The translations under genes and the position numbers were made by a program. The notes below the pieces were generated by a model. It worked only from the letters and a program-made list of their open reading frames with translations, did not search any database and was not told where the DNA came from. From Methanocella sp. (lineage in GTDB: Archaea; Thermoproteota; Bathyarchaeia; Bathyarchaeales; Bathycorpusculaceae), in NCBI GenBank assembly GCA_050261115.1, contig JBLNCY010000027.1, forward strand, positions 1 to 22,391: a stretch of 22,391 bases of DNA, given 5' to 3'. This document shows, piece by piece, positions 1 to 8,529 of this stretch. Position 1 is the first letter of the stretch. Each line of letters starts with the position of its first letter.

Positions 1-28
1 AAAAAAAAAGAGAAGAGAGGAAAGTTGT
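1..28 (-). terminator. Pyrimidine/oligo-T tract after the beta-propeller gene, probable archaeal-type terminator
   Basis: The plus strand reads AAAAAAAAAGAGAAGAGAGGAAAG, i.e. a C/T tract ending in T9 on the minus strand directly after the stop at 29-31. Confidence 0.55.
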
Positions 29-2734
29 TTATGGATGTATTTTGCGTTTTGCCAAGAGCACTGTAAGCGCTGCCACTATAACTAAGAGTGCGATGACTAT
101 ACCAGTAATTGCCAGTAGATACGCAGTTGTGTTTTCTTCCTGTTGGATCGGTGTTGGAGACGGAGTGGGGGCGTTGATTACAAATGCGGTTGTTGCTGAA
201 GATGACCCATATGATTGGGTGCCCTCAAAGTTTGCTATGACTTTGTATTCACCTGCTTCTGGTGCGGTCCATACATAGTGATATGTGCCGCTTGAATCGC
301 TTGTTACTGTGGCCTTGTGAACTACTGTGCCGTCTTGTGCTTTGATCTGGATTTGCACGGGTACTCCTGTGACTTCTGGTTCAGCAATGGTGTGTTGTAT
401 GATGTAATTTGTCCATGTTCCTTGGTCTGCGTCGGAAATGGCTGGTGTACCTTTGAGTGCAGGTGACTGGTCTGTTACGGTTCCCCTGATCACAAGTGCA
501 TCACCTAAGGTTACACCAGCATCAGGAGCAGATACGGTTGTGGCGCTTGGGCCAGGTCCAGTTACATAAATGGTTTGTGAGTTTTGGTTAAACCACACAT
601 AGTATCCATCTGCAACGGCTTGTTCTTCCCATAGGCTTGTTCCATAGACCTTCCAGAGTTGCTTTCCTGTTTGGGCATCAATGGCGATTGTTGAGGCGCC
701 CTGATAGGAAGGTGACGACGGGCTGTAGTCCCCTGTGATAAGGAATACTTTGTTGTCTGCGACTACACCTACTGATAATCCGTATTGACCGTAGGGGGAT
801 TCAGAGCTTGCTGTACTGTTGTTGGGGTCGCTTGGGTCGTTCCCATAGGTAAAGATTGTTTTACCTGTCTTTAGGTCATAGGCGTAGACTGTTCCGCTGT
901 AGCCTGTTGAGTACAGGATACCGTTGCCGACTGCATAGGGGTAGAGGTGTGAGCTAACTCCGCCGTAGTAGTTTAATGGGCTCTCGGATTCTGTTGGGCC
1001 CCAGAGTTCTTCGCCTGTGAGCAAGCTGTAGCCGCTCCATTGTAGGGTTTCACGGTAGTATATTGTGAATACATCGTTTTTGCTGTCTGTGGGTCCGATG
1101 AGTGCTGTTACGTTGCCTGCGGGTGCAGAGTAGGTTTTCTCCCATAGTACTTGGCCGATTGGTCCACGGGTTGCGTTGATGTTGATTACCCATAGCGTGT
1201 AAGGGTCAGGGGTTCCATAATTCCGGGCAGTTGAAGCGGTTTGATCAAGTCCTGAACTTTGACCGAAGATTAGGTCGCCAGGAAGGACCCGAATAATTGT
1301 GGGTGAATAGTTTCCGAATTGGTTGCTGGTACCATATAGTGGTTTGGATAGTGTTACATTCCAGTCGTATGCAGTGCTTAAGTTCCAGTTAGTGGTTCCG
1401 GGGCTCCAAACGGGGAATGCGCCAGTGCGGTCTCTTCCCGGTAGTTTAGTGTTGTTCCATTGCCAAAGGTAAGTGTAGGGTTCATTAGAGTTTGCTCTGC
1501 CGATATTGTGTATTAGCCATTCACCATTTTCTCCGTAAGATTGTACTCCAGTTGGAACATCTGTTATGTTGAATAGAACTCTGCCTGTTTGTGGGTCAAT
1601 TGCTATCCAAGAGTTTGCAGCGTTGACTTTTGCTGTGTTGTCTGTTACTGCTGGAATTTGGGCGAGGTTAATTGTTCCAGGTTCATAACTAGAGTTAAGT
1701 GCGGCTACTGCTGCGGTGCCAGGGTTGTTTATGCCTGTGCCTATGGCGGTTCCGGTTATCCAAAGGTAACCAGTTTCCACACCGTGTTCGTTTGAGGTTT
1801 CAACATCGTAGAGTTGGCCAAAGGATATTGCGGTTAGGTCATTGTTTGTCCAAAGGGTTTCGCCTGTGCGTAGATTGACTGCTGTGACGCCTCCTCCAGT
1901 AGCGGCGTTGGCCAATGGAAGGCTATAGTAGAGAATTCCGTTTATGATGATTGGGTTGTTGAATTTTGTTTTCCCACTTGCTTCTCCTTGGTAGTAAGCT
2001 ACTGCAGGATTATTGGTACTGGAACCTCCGCCGATGATACCACCAGGGTTTAGAAGTATTGTTAGAAGGGTGTGTGCCGTGTTTGGGGCCCTTCCGTATG
2101 GTTGATACTTCAAGTAGGTGGCGCCGTTTAGGTTTTGTCCAAGCCAGTTAGATGCTATGACGTGCCAGTTTTGGTTGTTTGAGTCGATTGGGCGTTCCCA
2201 GTAACTGACTGGAAGCGGAGGTTCAGTGAAAGAAGTGTCAGGTACGGTATTTTGTACTGTGAAGGCTGTTGTCGCGTATGCAGCTAGGTAAGTGTCGTTT
2301 ACGAAGGCGCTATTGGAGGCTGTGTTTGTGCCTTTGGTTAGAACCTGTTCTGGGAAGTACACTGTTACGGTGTAAGTGCCCAGTTCGGTAGGTGTGTATT
2401 TAACGTTTCCTCCTGAGGAGTAATCGGCTGTTAGGGGTCCGAAGCTATGGTTGGTGCTGTCTGGTTTGGTGATGTCTATTTTGATGTTCTGCCATTGGTA
2501 GCCTATGTTGTTGGCGGCCGCAGTGGGTGGGGGAATGTCTATCCAGTAAATGACCGTGACGCTGTCGCCGAGTGCTACAGGGTCAGGTGTAGCTACGGTG
2601 TAGATGTAGATGGGGATGTTCCAGGGTGGTGTGTGCGCGGAGGTATAGCTGAATGCGGAGAGGAAAGCTGCTCCGGTAACAATTAGGAGCAGGGTTAGTG
2701 TGATTGTTGTTGTTCTGTTTAGATGTGGCTTCAT
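29..2734 (-). CDS. Secreted, C-terminally membrane-anchored PQQ-like beta-propeller repeat protein (901 aa)
   Basis: N-terminal hydrophobic signal; repeated propeller blades (AVNLRTGETLW, AIDPQTGRVLF, GYSLLTGEELW, AYDLKTGKTIF, AIDAQTGKQLW); Ig-like C-terminal segments, PTPSPTP linker, TM helix and basic tail. Confidence 0.85.
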   Translation of the reverse strand: MKPHLNRTTTITLTLLLIVTGAAFLSAFSYTSAHTPPWNIPIYIYTVATPDPVALGDSVTVIYWIDIPPPTAAANNIGYQWQNIKIDITKPDSTNHSFGPLTADYSSGGNVKYTPTELGTYTVTVYFPEQVLTKGTNTASNSAFVNDTYLAAYATTAFTVQNTVPDTSFTEPPLPVSYWERPIDSNNQNWHVIASNWLGQNLNGATYLKYQPYGRAPNTAHTLLTILLNPGGIIGGGSSTNNPAVAYYQGEASGKTKFNNPIIINGILYYSLPLANAATGGGVTAVNLRTGETLWTNNDLTAISFGQLYDVETSNEHGVETGYLWITGTAIGTGINNPGTAAVAALNSSYEPGTINLAQIPAVTDNTAKVNAANSWIAIDPQTGRVLFNITDVPTGVQSYGENGEWLIHNIGRANSNEPYTYLWQWNNTKLPGRDRTGAFPVWSPGTTNWNLSTAYDWNVTLSKPLYGTSNQFGNYSPTIIRVLPGDLIFGQSSGLDQTASTARNYGTPDPYTLWVININATRGPIGQVLWEKTYSAPAGNVTALIGPTDSKNDVFTIYYRETLQWSGYSLLTGEELWGPTESESPLNYYGGVSSHLYPYAVGNGILYSTGYSGTVYAYDLKTGKTIFTYGNDPSDPNNSTASSESPYGQYGLSVGVVADNKVFLITGDYSPSSPSYQGASTIAIDAQTGKQLWKVYGTSLWEEQAVADGYYVWFNQNSQTIYVTGPGPSATTVSAPDAGVTLGDALVIRGTVTDQSPALKGTPAISDADQGTWTNYIIQHTIAEPEVTGVPVQIQIKAQDGTVVHKATVTSDSSGTYHYVWTAPEAGEYKVIANFEGTQSYGSSSATTAFVINAPTPSPTPIQQEENTTAYLLAITGIVIALLVIVAALTVLLAKRKIHP

Positions 2735-2853
2735 TATTAGTGCTCCGTTTTTTTAGTGAACACTTTGACCGATTCGTTTGTGGATTTTTGATTTTTGGGG
2801 ATTTTTTTATTTGACATTTGATTTCACCATATTGTATTTTACCCCCTGTAAAG

Positions 2854-2868
2854 TATAACGCCGTTATA
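2854..2868. promoter_or_regulatory. Perfect 7-1-7 palindrome TATAACG-C-CGTTATA, candidate transcription-factor operator
   Basis: Intergenic, ~120 bp upstream of the beta-propeller start; a 14-bp inverted copy recurs at 4070-4083. Confidence 0.6.
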
Positions 2869-3004
2869 GGCATTTTTGCAAGTAAAATTCACAAACGAAT
2901 ACCGACGGATAACACCTCAAAAAATTGTTTACAAAACGGCAAAATAAGAAACGCCCAGAACTTAACGAGAATGTCTACGCCCGAGTCGCCCACGGAGAGA
3001 ATAG

Positions 3005-3907
3005 CTAGTGGTTTCTCAGCCAATCCTTAATGATGCCCACAAAATTCTCTCTACTCGCCGAGCTAATTTTCTCTCGGGGCGGCGCCGGACTTAACGCATC
3101 ATAGAGCCAGTGGCCTGCGTCAGCAAAAAACGCCAAGCGTTTATCTACCGATCCGAGTTTATTGTAAAGCTGCTGAGCCCCCTCTGGCTGCACAGTGACA
3201 TCCGCTCGTCCCTGCAAAATAAGCGTTGGCACCTCAATCCTTGCGGCGTTACGCCAAACTTCCTGCAGAAGGTGCTTCTTTATACTTGAGAGGTAACTGA
3301 TTGTTAATTGCAAGGTCTCAAGGGGGTCGTCAAGCATGATTTTTATTTCCTCTGGATCACGGCCCTGCGTCTCAGGTGAAGGAAATGGATTATCCGTCTT
3401 CTTTGGGGCAAAGATGTTGCCTAAGGAAAGTTTAACTCTGTTCTTAGAATTGTTCAAAGCTGAAGCCACAGCGGGCGCTGCAAGAATAACTCCGCTGACA
3501 TTGCTGCCGTGGTTAGCTGAATACCAGACGCTGTATATGCCGCCTAAACTATGTCCAAACAAGTACAATTTTTTACCGGAATGCCGTTTACCCACATATG
3601 TCACAAATTCGTCAATATCTTGTAAGTGACGCCCAAAATCGCTTACGAAACCTCTCGGTCGGCCTTCTTCCAGTGATTGGCCAAAACCTCGAAGATCAAG
3701 CGCATAAACTTCATTGCCATCAGACGCTAATCCAGGAGCGATGTTTCTAAACCAGCCAGAGTAATCGCCAATGCCATGAATGCAAACAACCAGACGTTTT
3801 GGTTTTTTAGCGCTCCAGTATCGATACGTTAGGTTAAAGCCATCGGTGGCTTGGAATTTTTGGGTTAAGCTAGCATCCGTCATTTTATCTGTGCTCCAAC
3901 GCTTCAA
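3005..3907 (-). CDS. Alpha/beta hydrolase, lysophospholipase/monoacylglycerol-lipase-like (Hydrolase_4 type)
   Basis: CIHGIGD oxyanion region, DLRGFGQS, GHSLGG nucleophile elbow, QGRADVTV (Asp) and AGHWL (His). The start may be ATG 3883 rather than TTG 3907. Confidence 0.9.
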   Translation of the reverse strand: MKRWSTDKMTDASLTQKFQATDGFNLTYRYWSAKKPKRLVVCIHGIGDYSGWFRNIAPGLASDGNEVYALDLRGFGQSLEEGRPRGFVSDFGRHLQDIDEFVTYVGKRHSGKKLYLFGHSLGGIYSVWYSANHGSNVSGVILAAPAVASALNNSKNRVKLSLGNIFAPKKTDNPFPSPETQGRDPEEIKIMLDDPLETLQLTISYLSSIKKHLLQEVWRNAARIEVPTLILQGRADVTVQPEGAQQLYNKLGSVDKRLAFFADAGHWLYDALSPAPPREKISSASRENFVGIIKDWLRNH

Positions 3908-4050
3908 GAAAAATGTATGTGGGCAGTATAGCGTGATAATGGAGGGTTTTCTACGCTCTTCTTGACTGAATCAATTGCGGCGGCACGTCTGCCATGGCTG
4001 TGGGCATTGGAGTGGGTTCTTGTTTCTGAGGGTATTTGGGGTTCCTCCAT
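3904..4050 (-). CDS. Possible 48-aa small ORF (MEEPQIPSETRTHSNAHSHG...IHFS)
   Basis: ATG at 4050 lies ~30 bp below a TATA-like TAATATAA, and its TGA overlaps the hydrolase TTG start (TTGA). No recognisable domain. Confidence 0.3.
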   Translation of the reverse strand: MEEPQIPSETRTHSNAHSHGRRAAAIDSVKKSVENPPLSRYTAHIHFS

Positions 4051-4069
4051 ATCTTTCACATATCTTCCA

Positions 4070-4083
4070 ATAACGGCGTTATA
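4070..4083. promoter_or_regulatory. Second copy of the ATAACG-N-CGTTAT palindrome, overlapping the likely TATA box of the hydrolase unit
   Basis: The reverse complement of 4070-4083 is TATAACGCCGTTAT, identical to 2854-2867. Confidence 0.6.
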
Positions 4084-4352
4084 TTACTTGTTGATTGACG
4101 TATTCTAAATGGAATTTGGGTATAATAAGGGTTAAATGTGCAGCCTTGGCCATCTATGGAAAAGCTTTCGCCATAATTTTTTCCGTCGGGACCTTAGATT
4201 TCCTCAATGTCTTGCCCGTGTTTTTTCATTTTTTCACAGATAGCCGTGCATCAATTCAGTTTATAGTTCTCTATTGATGGAACATATAATTAACCGCCTG
4301 TTCCAAAGCTGGAGCACTAACGAAAGGTCATACACATTATCGCTGGATACGG

Positions 4353-5183
4353 TCATTGCATGGATTTGCGGTTTTTCTGATGACTTCTAAAAGATAGTAC
4401 CGATAGAGCCACAATAACTGTAGCAATTACTGCAACAATTACAACAAAGGTATCCAATGGTAAAGTGATGGAAATTGCTTCTCTGTCTGGTACAGTTGGG
4501 GTTGGAGTAGGTGATGAAGTGATTGTTGGTGATGGAGTTATTGGTGATTCTGGATTGGATGTGTCAGAGGTGGAAGCCTCACCAACGGTTATTGTTTGGG
4601 TTGGACTCCAATCACTTGACTCACCAGTAAACTCAAAACTACCTTCATTGTAAAAGCCAGACCGCAGAGGGTCTCGAACAAACGTCATAAAGCCTATATG
4701 GGCACACACTCTGAAGTCAACTTTGCCACCAGACTGAATATTCCAAGAATAACTATCAAGCATTATTGTTATAACAGTACTTGATGATTCAGAAGCAGGA
4801 ATAAAATTTGAAAAAGGACCTTGTTGAACATTGTTAATCCAATCAACATAATGACCTTTTGAACGAACAGAATAGTATAATCCTGTAACATTACCATCAG
4901 AAAGCTTTGCGGATGTGAAGGGTTGATTCTTGATAATGATATCAACTGTGTAGTTCTGAACAAGGTAGCCTTCATAAGTCATTACCGTATCTCCAGTCAA
5001 AGGGTCTTTCGAGTAAACAGGTGGTACGTCATATGAGCGGTCCACATATTTTAGAGAAAATTCAGGCACAGATGGCTTAGGTATTGATTGAGCATTTGCT
5101 GGGTTGATGATCAGCAGAGTTAGGCATGAACTGCCAATGATTAGTGTTAAGAATACTGCGAAAGTTTTGCTGATTCTACCCAT
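4353..5183 (-). CDS. Secreted membrane-anchored protein of the 'IPKPSVPEF' family (276 aa), paralogue of 12690-13493
   Basis: Signal peptide; motifs SIPKPSVPEF...SYDVPP...DP.TG, NQPF, YYSVRSKGH, VDFRV.A.IG, GESSDWSPTQTIT; Pro/Thr linker; C-terminal TM helix. Confidence 0.8.
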   Translation of the reverse strand: MGRISKTFAVFLTLIIGSSCLTLLIINPANAQSIPKPSVPEFSLKYVDRSYDVPPVYSKDPLTGDTVMTYEGYLVQNYTVDIIIKNQPFTSAKLSDGNVTGLYYSVRSKGHYVDWINNVQQGPFSNFIPASESSSTVITIMLDSYSWNIQSGGKVDFRVCAHIGFMTFVRDPLRSGFYNEGSFEFTGESSDWSPTQTITVGEASTSDTSNPESPITPSPTITSSPTPTPTVPDREAISITLPLDTFVVIVAVIATVIVALSVLSFRSHQKNRKSMQ

Positions 5184-5348
5184 ATTAATCTGTTGAGAAT
5201 TATATGTGATTAATAGTTTACTCTAAAGCTTATTTTTTTAAAAGAGCATTAGGCGGAGAAGGGACACTTAAACGCTGGAAAAGGGGTTAAGCCTTCACTC
5301 TTCAGCTTCAAAATCACAGAGCAAAACAAATGCGATGGGGTCTTGATT

Positions 5349-5374
5349 TGGCGCAGGGGGTGGGATTCGAACCC
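5349..5374 (-). repeat. tRNA 3'-end fragment (T-loop, 3' acceptor strand, CCA), candidate att site of an integrated element
   Basis: The minus strand reads GGGTTCGAATCCCACCCCCTGCGCCA. T-stem pairing breaks down beyond 5374 and there is no D or anticodon arm, so it is not a whole tRNA. 17 bp (5353-5369) are repeated at 7631-7647. Confidence 0.75.
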
Positions 5375-5519
5375 CTCTGGAAGTATCTATGTCGCCTACA
5401 CAACAAACAAACCTCCTTCTTTTTCAAAGTCACGAAGGACAAGAATGGTTGGTTCTTTGAACCAGTAAGCTTTTAGTCGATAACCACTGTAAGAAGGAAA
5501 TAAAGATGTGAATCATGGC

Positions 5520-5840
5520 ATGAAAATTACAAAAGTATGTGACACAAATTGCTTCCAAAATCCACATGGAGTAGACGCAAAAGAAATCTATGATTCGGAA
5601 AATGCACAAGTAATCCATATGGCATTAGCAAACGGTCAGTCCCTAAAGAAACATGTAACTCCTGTTGATGTCTTCTTCTACATTCTTGAAGGCAAAGGAA
5701 TCGTTGAGATTGGGGAAGAAACTCAAGAGGTAGAAAAAGACACAATAATCGACAGTCCTAAAGGCATCCCACACCTACTTCGAAATAGTGGAGAAGGAAT
5801 CTTTCGATTTCTAGTAGTCAAACTACCCAAGTCAAAATAG
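5520..5840 (+). CDS. Cupin_2 domain protein (106 aa)
   Basis: GQSLKKHVTPVDVFFYILEGKGIVEIG and PKGIPHLLRNSG cupin motifs. ATG 5520 is preferred over GTG 5508. Confidence 0.9.
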   Translation: MKITKVCDTNCFQNPHGVDAKEIYDSENAQVIHMALANGQSLKKHVTPVDVFFYILEGKGIVEIGEETQEVEKDTIIDSPKGIPHLLRNSGEGIFRFLVVKLPKSK

Positions 5841-5862
5841 CTCAAGCAAAGGTGCCAGTATC

Positions 5863-5940
5863 GCGTTACCTGTTGATCTGTTAGTAAATGAACACAAACT
5901 AATCAATCAAGCAGTCGATGCAATCAAGAAGAGAATCAAG
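5863..5940 (+). pseudogene. Remnant of a hemerythrin-like domain gene (first helix only)
   Basis: The frame reads (A)LPVDLLVNEHKLINQAVDAIKKRIK, the L..EH..I pattern of hemerythrin-like proteins. AAAGGTG RBS at 5848-5854, with GCG where a GTG/ATG start is expected; similarity is lost after ~25 codons. Confidence 0.45.
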
Positions 5941-5987
5941 TTATCTCACCTCTGCACCGCTCATTCACTTGACCATTTAGCTTATAA

Positions 5988-6374
5988 GTGGAAACCGATG
6001 AGCGCATAGATGGGTGTCAAGCGATAAGTTCTTGGAGGAGATTGCTCGAAAAACCAAGAACGAGCAATCAAGAGAAGCAAGCGCGCCAATCTCAAGTTGA
6101 TAGGGCATTTGATGCTTGTCTTCTTCTCATCACAGTTATAGCGGCAGCAGAGTTAGGCTATGCCAGTTCTCTTGACGAGCACCAGTTAATAATGAATGTT
6201 TTTCGTTGGACAACTATTCCCCTTTTTGTTTTAATCCCTCTTTGGATATTTCTCATGCTTTTGCCCGCTGGTCAATTAAGGTTTAAAGGGATAGAAATTT
6301 ACTTCAGTAGACGATATCTTAAAGAGTTTTGTTGGGGCTTATTCGCTAACATTTTCACATTAGAAGTAGGCTAG
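5988..6374 (+). CDS. Hypothetical membrane protein (2-3 TM segments), possibly truncated
   Basis: Hydrophobic stretches ACLLLITVIAAAELGY and TIPLFVLIPLWIFLMLL; the ORF ends within a third hydrophobic stretch; start uncertain. Confidence 0.5.
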   Translation: METDERIDGCQAISSWRRLLEKPRTSNQEKQARQSQVDRAFDACLLLITVIAAAELGYASSLDEHQLIMNVFRWTTIPLFVLIPLWIFLMLLPAGQLRFKGIEIYFSRRYLKEFCWGLFANIFTLEVG

Positions 6375-6449
6375 CCGAGTTACCTCTTAATTAACGCATC
6401 GAAAAAGTAAAGATAACTCTTAAATTTTGACGACTTAATTAGCGCTATC

Positions 6450-6710
6450 ATGTCACCATTAATCGAATACATAAAAAATATCTTTGGCATTATACTTGCG
6501 TTTGTAATAGGGACAGGGGCATATGATGCCATCTTTTACAGTCTAAAGGGCGATAACAGTACGGCAATAATTGCAATCATAGCATTGGAAATCGTAGTTC
6601 TTCTTACCCTCGGAGCTATCCTCATTCTGGCGCTTCTACAGAAGACGAATTACCTTTGTATAAATGCTATTACCGTAAACAACAACGATTATCGAACGGA
6701 AAAGTGCTAA
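6450..6710 (+). CDS. Hypothetical small membrane protein (2 TM, 86 aa)
   Basis: ATG start and two clear TM helices; AT-rich DNA. Confidence 0.55.
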   Translation: MSPLIEYIKNIFGIILAFVIGTGAYDAIFYSLKGDNSTAIIAIIALEIVVLLTLGAILILALLQKTNYLCINAITVNNNDYRTEKC

Positions 6711-6755
6711 CATAGATGCTTGCCAGAGAGTGGCTAGGGTATGCCTAGGTGAGAG

Positions 6756-7274
6756 TTAAAATAAGGTAAAGCCTTCAGTATTACGTATTTTTTGCGCAGG
6801 GTTCCCTGCGACAAGGGTGTTAGGCTCTACGTCTTTAGTTACTACTGCTCCAGCACCTACTATAGAGTTGTCTCCAATTATGACCCCTTTGAGAACAGTA
6901 GCTCTTGTACCTATCCATACATGATTGCCAATTTTGATTGGCTCACTTATAGGAGGGTGACCATCCAACCCGAAGCCATTATGGTCGAGAATCAACGCAT
7001 CTTGACTAATTACAACGTTATTCCCAATTTCGACTTTAGCAGTAGAAGAAACAATTCCCCTATTGAAATAAATGTTATTTCCCAATTTAATTAACCCATT
7101 ATCAGAGGCGAACAAAAATGAATTGGGTTCAAAAACTACTCCATTGCCAACAACAACTTTTCCCAATACAGTAATCTTTCCCTTGACCAGCAACCGCTTG
7201 CCAGCATAATAAAAGCGCCTTCTGTAATAAGGTGTAAAAGCTCGTCTTTGCAATAAAGCTTGAAGGCTATTCAT
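6756..7274 (-). CDS. Hexapeptide-repeat (left-handed beta-helix) O-acetyltransferase, maltose/polysaccharide acetyltransferase-like
   Basis: IGNNVVI...ILDHN, PIKIGNHVWIGTRATVLKGVIIGDNSIVGAGAVVTKDVEPNTLVAGNPAQKIR. Confidence 0.9.
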   Translation of the reverse strand: MNSLQALLQRRAFTPYYRRRFYYAGKRLLVKGKITVLGKVVVGNGVVFEPNSFLFASDNGLIKLGNNIYFNRGIVSSTAKVEIGNNVVISQDALILDHNGFGLDGHPPISEPIKIGNHVWIGTRATVLKGVIIGDNSIVGAGAVVTKDVEPNTLVAGNPAQKIRNTEGFTLF

Positions 7275-7659
7275 TTAAAAATCTCGCCATTTTTTGACCT
7301 AAAAGGACACTCAAACGGTAAGTGGGATGGCCATAATAAGCGTTGTGATTTCGTGTCACCTCAACAACCTTAACTTGTTTTAGTGGTTGCTTGTGTGGAA
7401 ATCTAATGAGGTGTTCAAGCCGCCTTTGGTTTTTGTTTGTTAAACATCTTCTCTTATAACCCATCTTTCTTGCAATAATCGTCTTAACTTTGTCTAGCTG
7501 TTCCAAGTTCGCTATTTTTTCAAGACGCCTAACTCGATTAACATATATTTATGCTGTTACGGCTCGGACGTTTCCTAAAAGGTATTTGTAGAAACCATCG
7601 CGGTCAAAAGGCGGAGGTGGACGTTGGAGTGCAGGGGGTGGGATTCGGAGCCCCGACAA
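7267..7659 (-). pseudogene. Probable tyrosine-integrase N-terminal remnant containing the att sequence, with an internal TAA, joined to an unrelated C-terminus
   Basis: From TTG 7659 the frame reads MSGLRIPPPALQRPPPPFDRDGFYKYLLGNVRAVTA*IYVNRVRRLEKIANLEQLDKVKTIIA... (stop 7549-7551), in frame with the 79-aa ORF. RIPPPA is the translated tRNA 3' end; the rest resembles an integrase core-binding (SAM-like) helix pattern. No catalytic R-H-R-Y domain follows. Confidence 0.45.
7630..7647 (-). repeat. Second tRNA-3'-end (att-like) copy
   Basis: The minus strand reads CGAATCCCACCCCCTGCA. 7631-7647 is identical to 5353-5369, but the T-loop is degenerate upstream. Confidence 0.7.
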
Positions 7660-7732
7660 GCTGGCGACCTAACCAGTTCCGCGTTTTCTCCGCAGCTTCT
7701 CTCCCTTTTTTACTTTTCAAGGAGGTTTCTAA

Positions 7733-7930
7733 GTGAAGGATCGGCGATTAAAAGTTGTTCACCGCCGTGGAGAAAATGGTCAACTCTATGTTTTGATGTA
7801 TCGTGGAAAGCTCCACATTGGCACGGTTGAGGTTAACTCGCATAATTGCATGAAGGTTTTCCGAGGCGTAGAAAACAAGGCGCCAGTTTTGGTGCAGTAT
7901 CTGCCAAAGGCGCAGGAGGTGGTGATTTAA
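7733..7930 (+). CDS. Hypothetical 65-aa protein, first gene of the small-gene operon
   Basis: GTG start with AAGGAGG RBS at 7719-7725; its 3' end contains the RBS of the next gene. Confidence 0.6.
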   Translation: MKDRRLKVVHRRGENGQLYVLMYRGKLHIGTVEVNSHNCMKVFRGVENKAPVLVQYLPKAQEVVI

Positions 7931-7931
7931 G

Positions 7932-8018
7932 ATGGGGCAAATTATCTGTGGCTATCCAGGTAATCTTTGCCCTAATAACCGCAAGGGTAGCGGTTGTGAT
8001 TGGAAGCGGGAGGCGTAA
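7932..8018 (+). CDS. 28-aa Cys-containing micro-ORF (MGQIICGYPGNLCPNNRKGSGCDWKREA), absent from the ORF track
   Basis: GGAGGTGGTGA RBS upstream; it exactly fills the gap between flanking genes (1 bp after the previous stop, 2 bp before the next ATG). Confidence 0.5.
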   Translation: MGQIICGYPGNLCPNNRKGSGCDWKREA

Positions 8019-8020
8019 AC

Positions 8021-8197
8021 ATGCCGCCACTTTCTGCTCAAGTTTTCTATTGCATGGATTGCGTCTTTTGGTGCGGGCGCTGCACCGAACCCATCATGCA
8101 GGGCAAAAATGCTGTTGGTCGTATAGCGTTAAGCGAAGCCTGCTCTAAATTTCGAGGAAAAAAGCAAGTCAACTCAGTGCAGGAGGCTTATGCTTGA
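8021..8197 (+). CDS. 58-aa Cys-rich, putative zinc-binding protein
   Basis: ATG 8021 with GGGAGG RBS; CMDCVFWCGRC...C motif. Confidence 0.6.
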   Translation: MPPLSAQVFYCMDCVFWCGRCTEPIMQGKNAVGRIALSEACSKFRGKKQVNSVQEAYA

Positions 8198-8517
8198 GGA
8201 AATACCGGACATGGGCATGCTTGAACGCTGATGGCAAAGCTTTTTTCGGCGACATTTTCCCAGACGGCGAAGTACCAATACAGAGCATTATGCCTCAGCA
8301 CGCAAGGTTAGAAGGCGTCGACGGAATCGATAAGGTGTTTCTTGTAGATTGGAAGGAACTCTCCACTCAGCAACAAGATGCCATCCTCGAGAAGATAAGC
8401 ATGAAATTTGGCGCCAGCAAAGAAGCGATCCTTAAAGAAATTCTTAAAGTGGGTTTGCCGCTGCGTGAAAAGCTCACTGAGGGCGGCGGCACAATCAGGC
8501 TGGAGCTTTTCGATTAG
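8194..8517 (+). CDS. Hypothetical 107-aa protein
   Basis: TTG start overlapping the previous stop (TTGA) with AGGAGG RBS; protein-like composition; no function recognised. Confidence 0.7.
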   Translation: MRKYRTWACLNADGKAFFGDIFPDGEVPIQSIMPQHARLEGVDGIDKVFLVDWKELSTQQQDAILEKISMKFGASKEAILKEILKVGLPLREKLTEGGGTIRLELFD

Positions 8518-8529
8518 GAGGCAAACTTT

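Noticed and set aside
5349-5430. Complete tRNA gene
   Set aside because: Only the T-loop and 3' acceptor strand are present; there is no matching 5' GCAGGGG strand, D-arm or anticodon arm. The same applies at 7630-7710.
5988-6710. One membrane-protein gene split by a single stop
   Set aside because: The ORFs share a frame, but several stops lie between 6372 and 6450.
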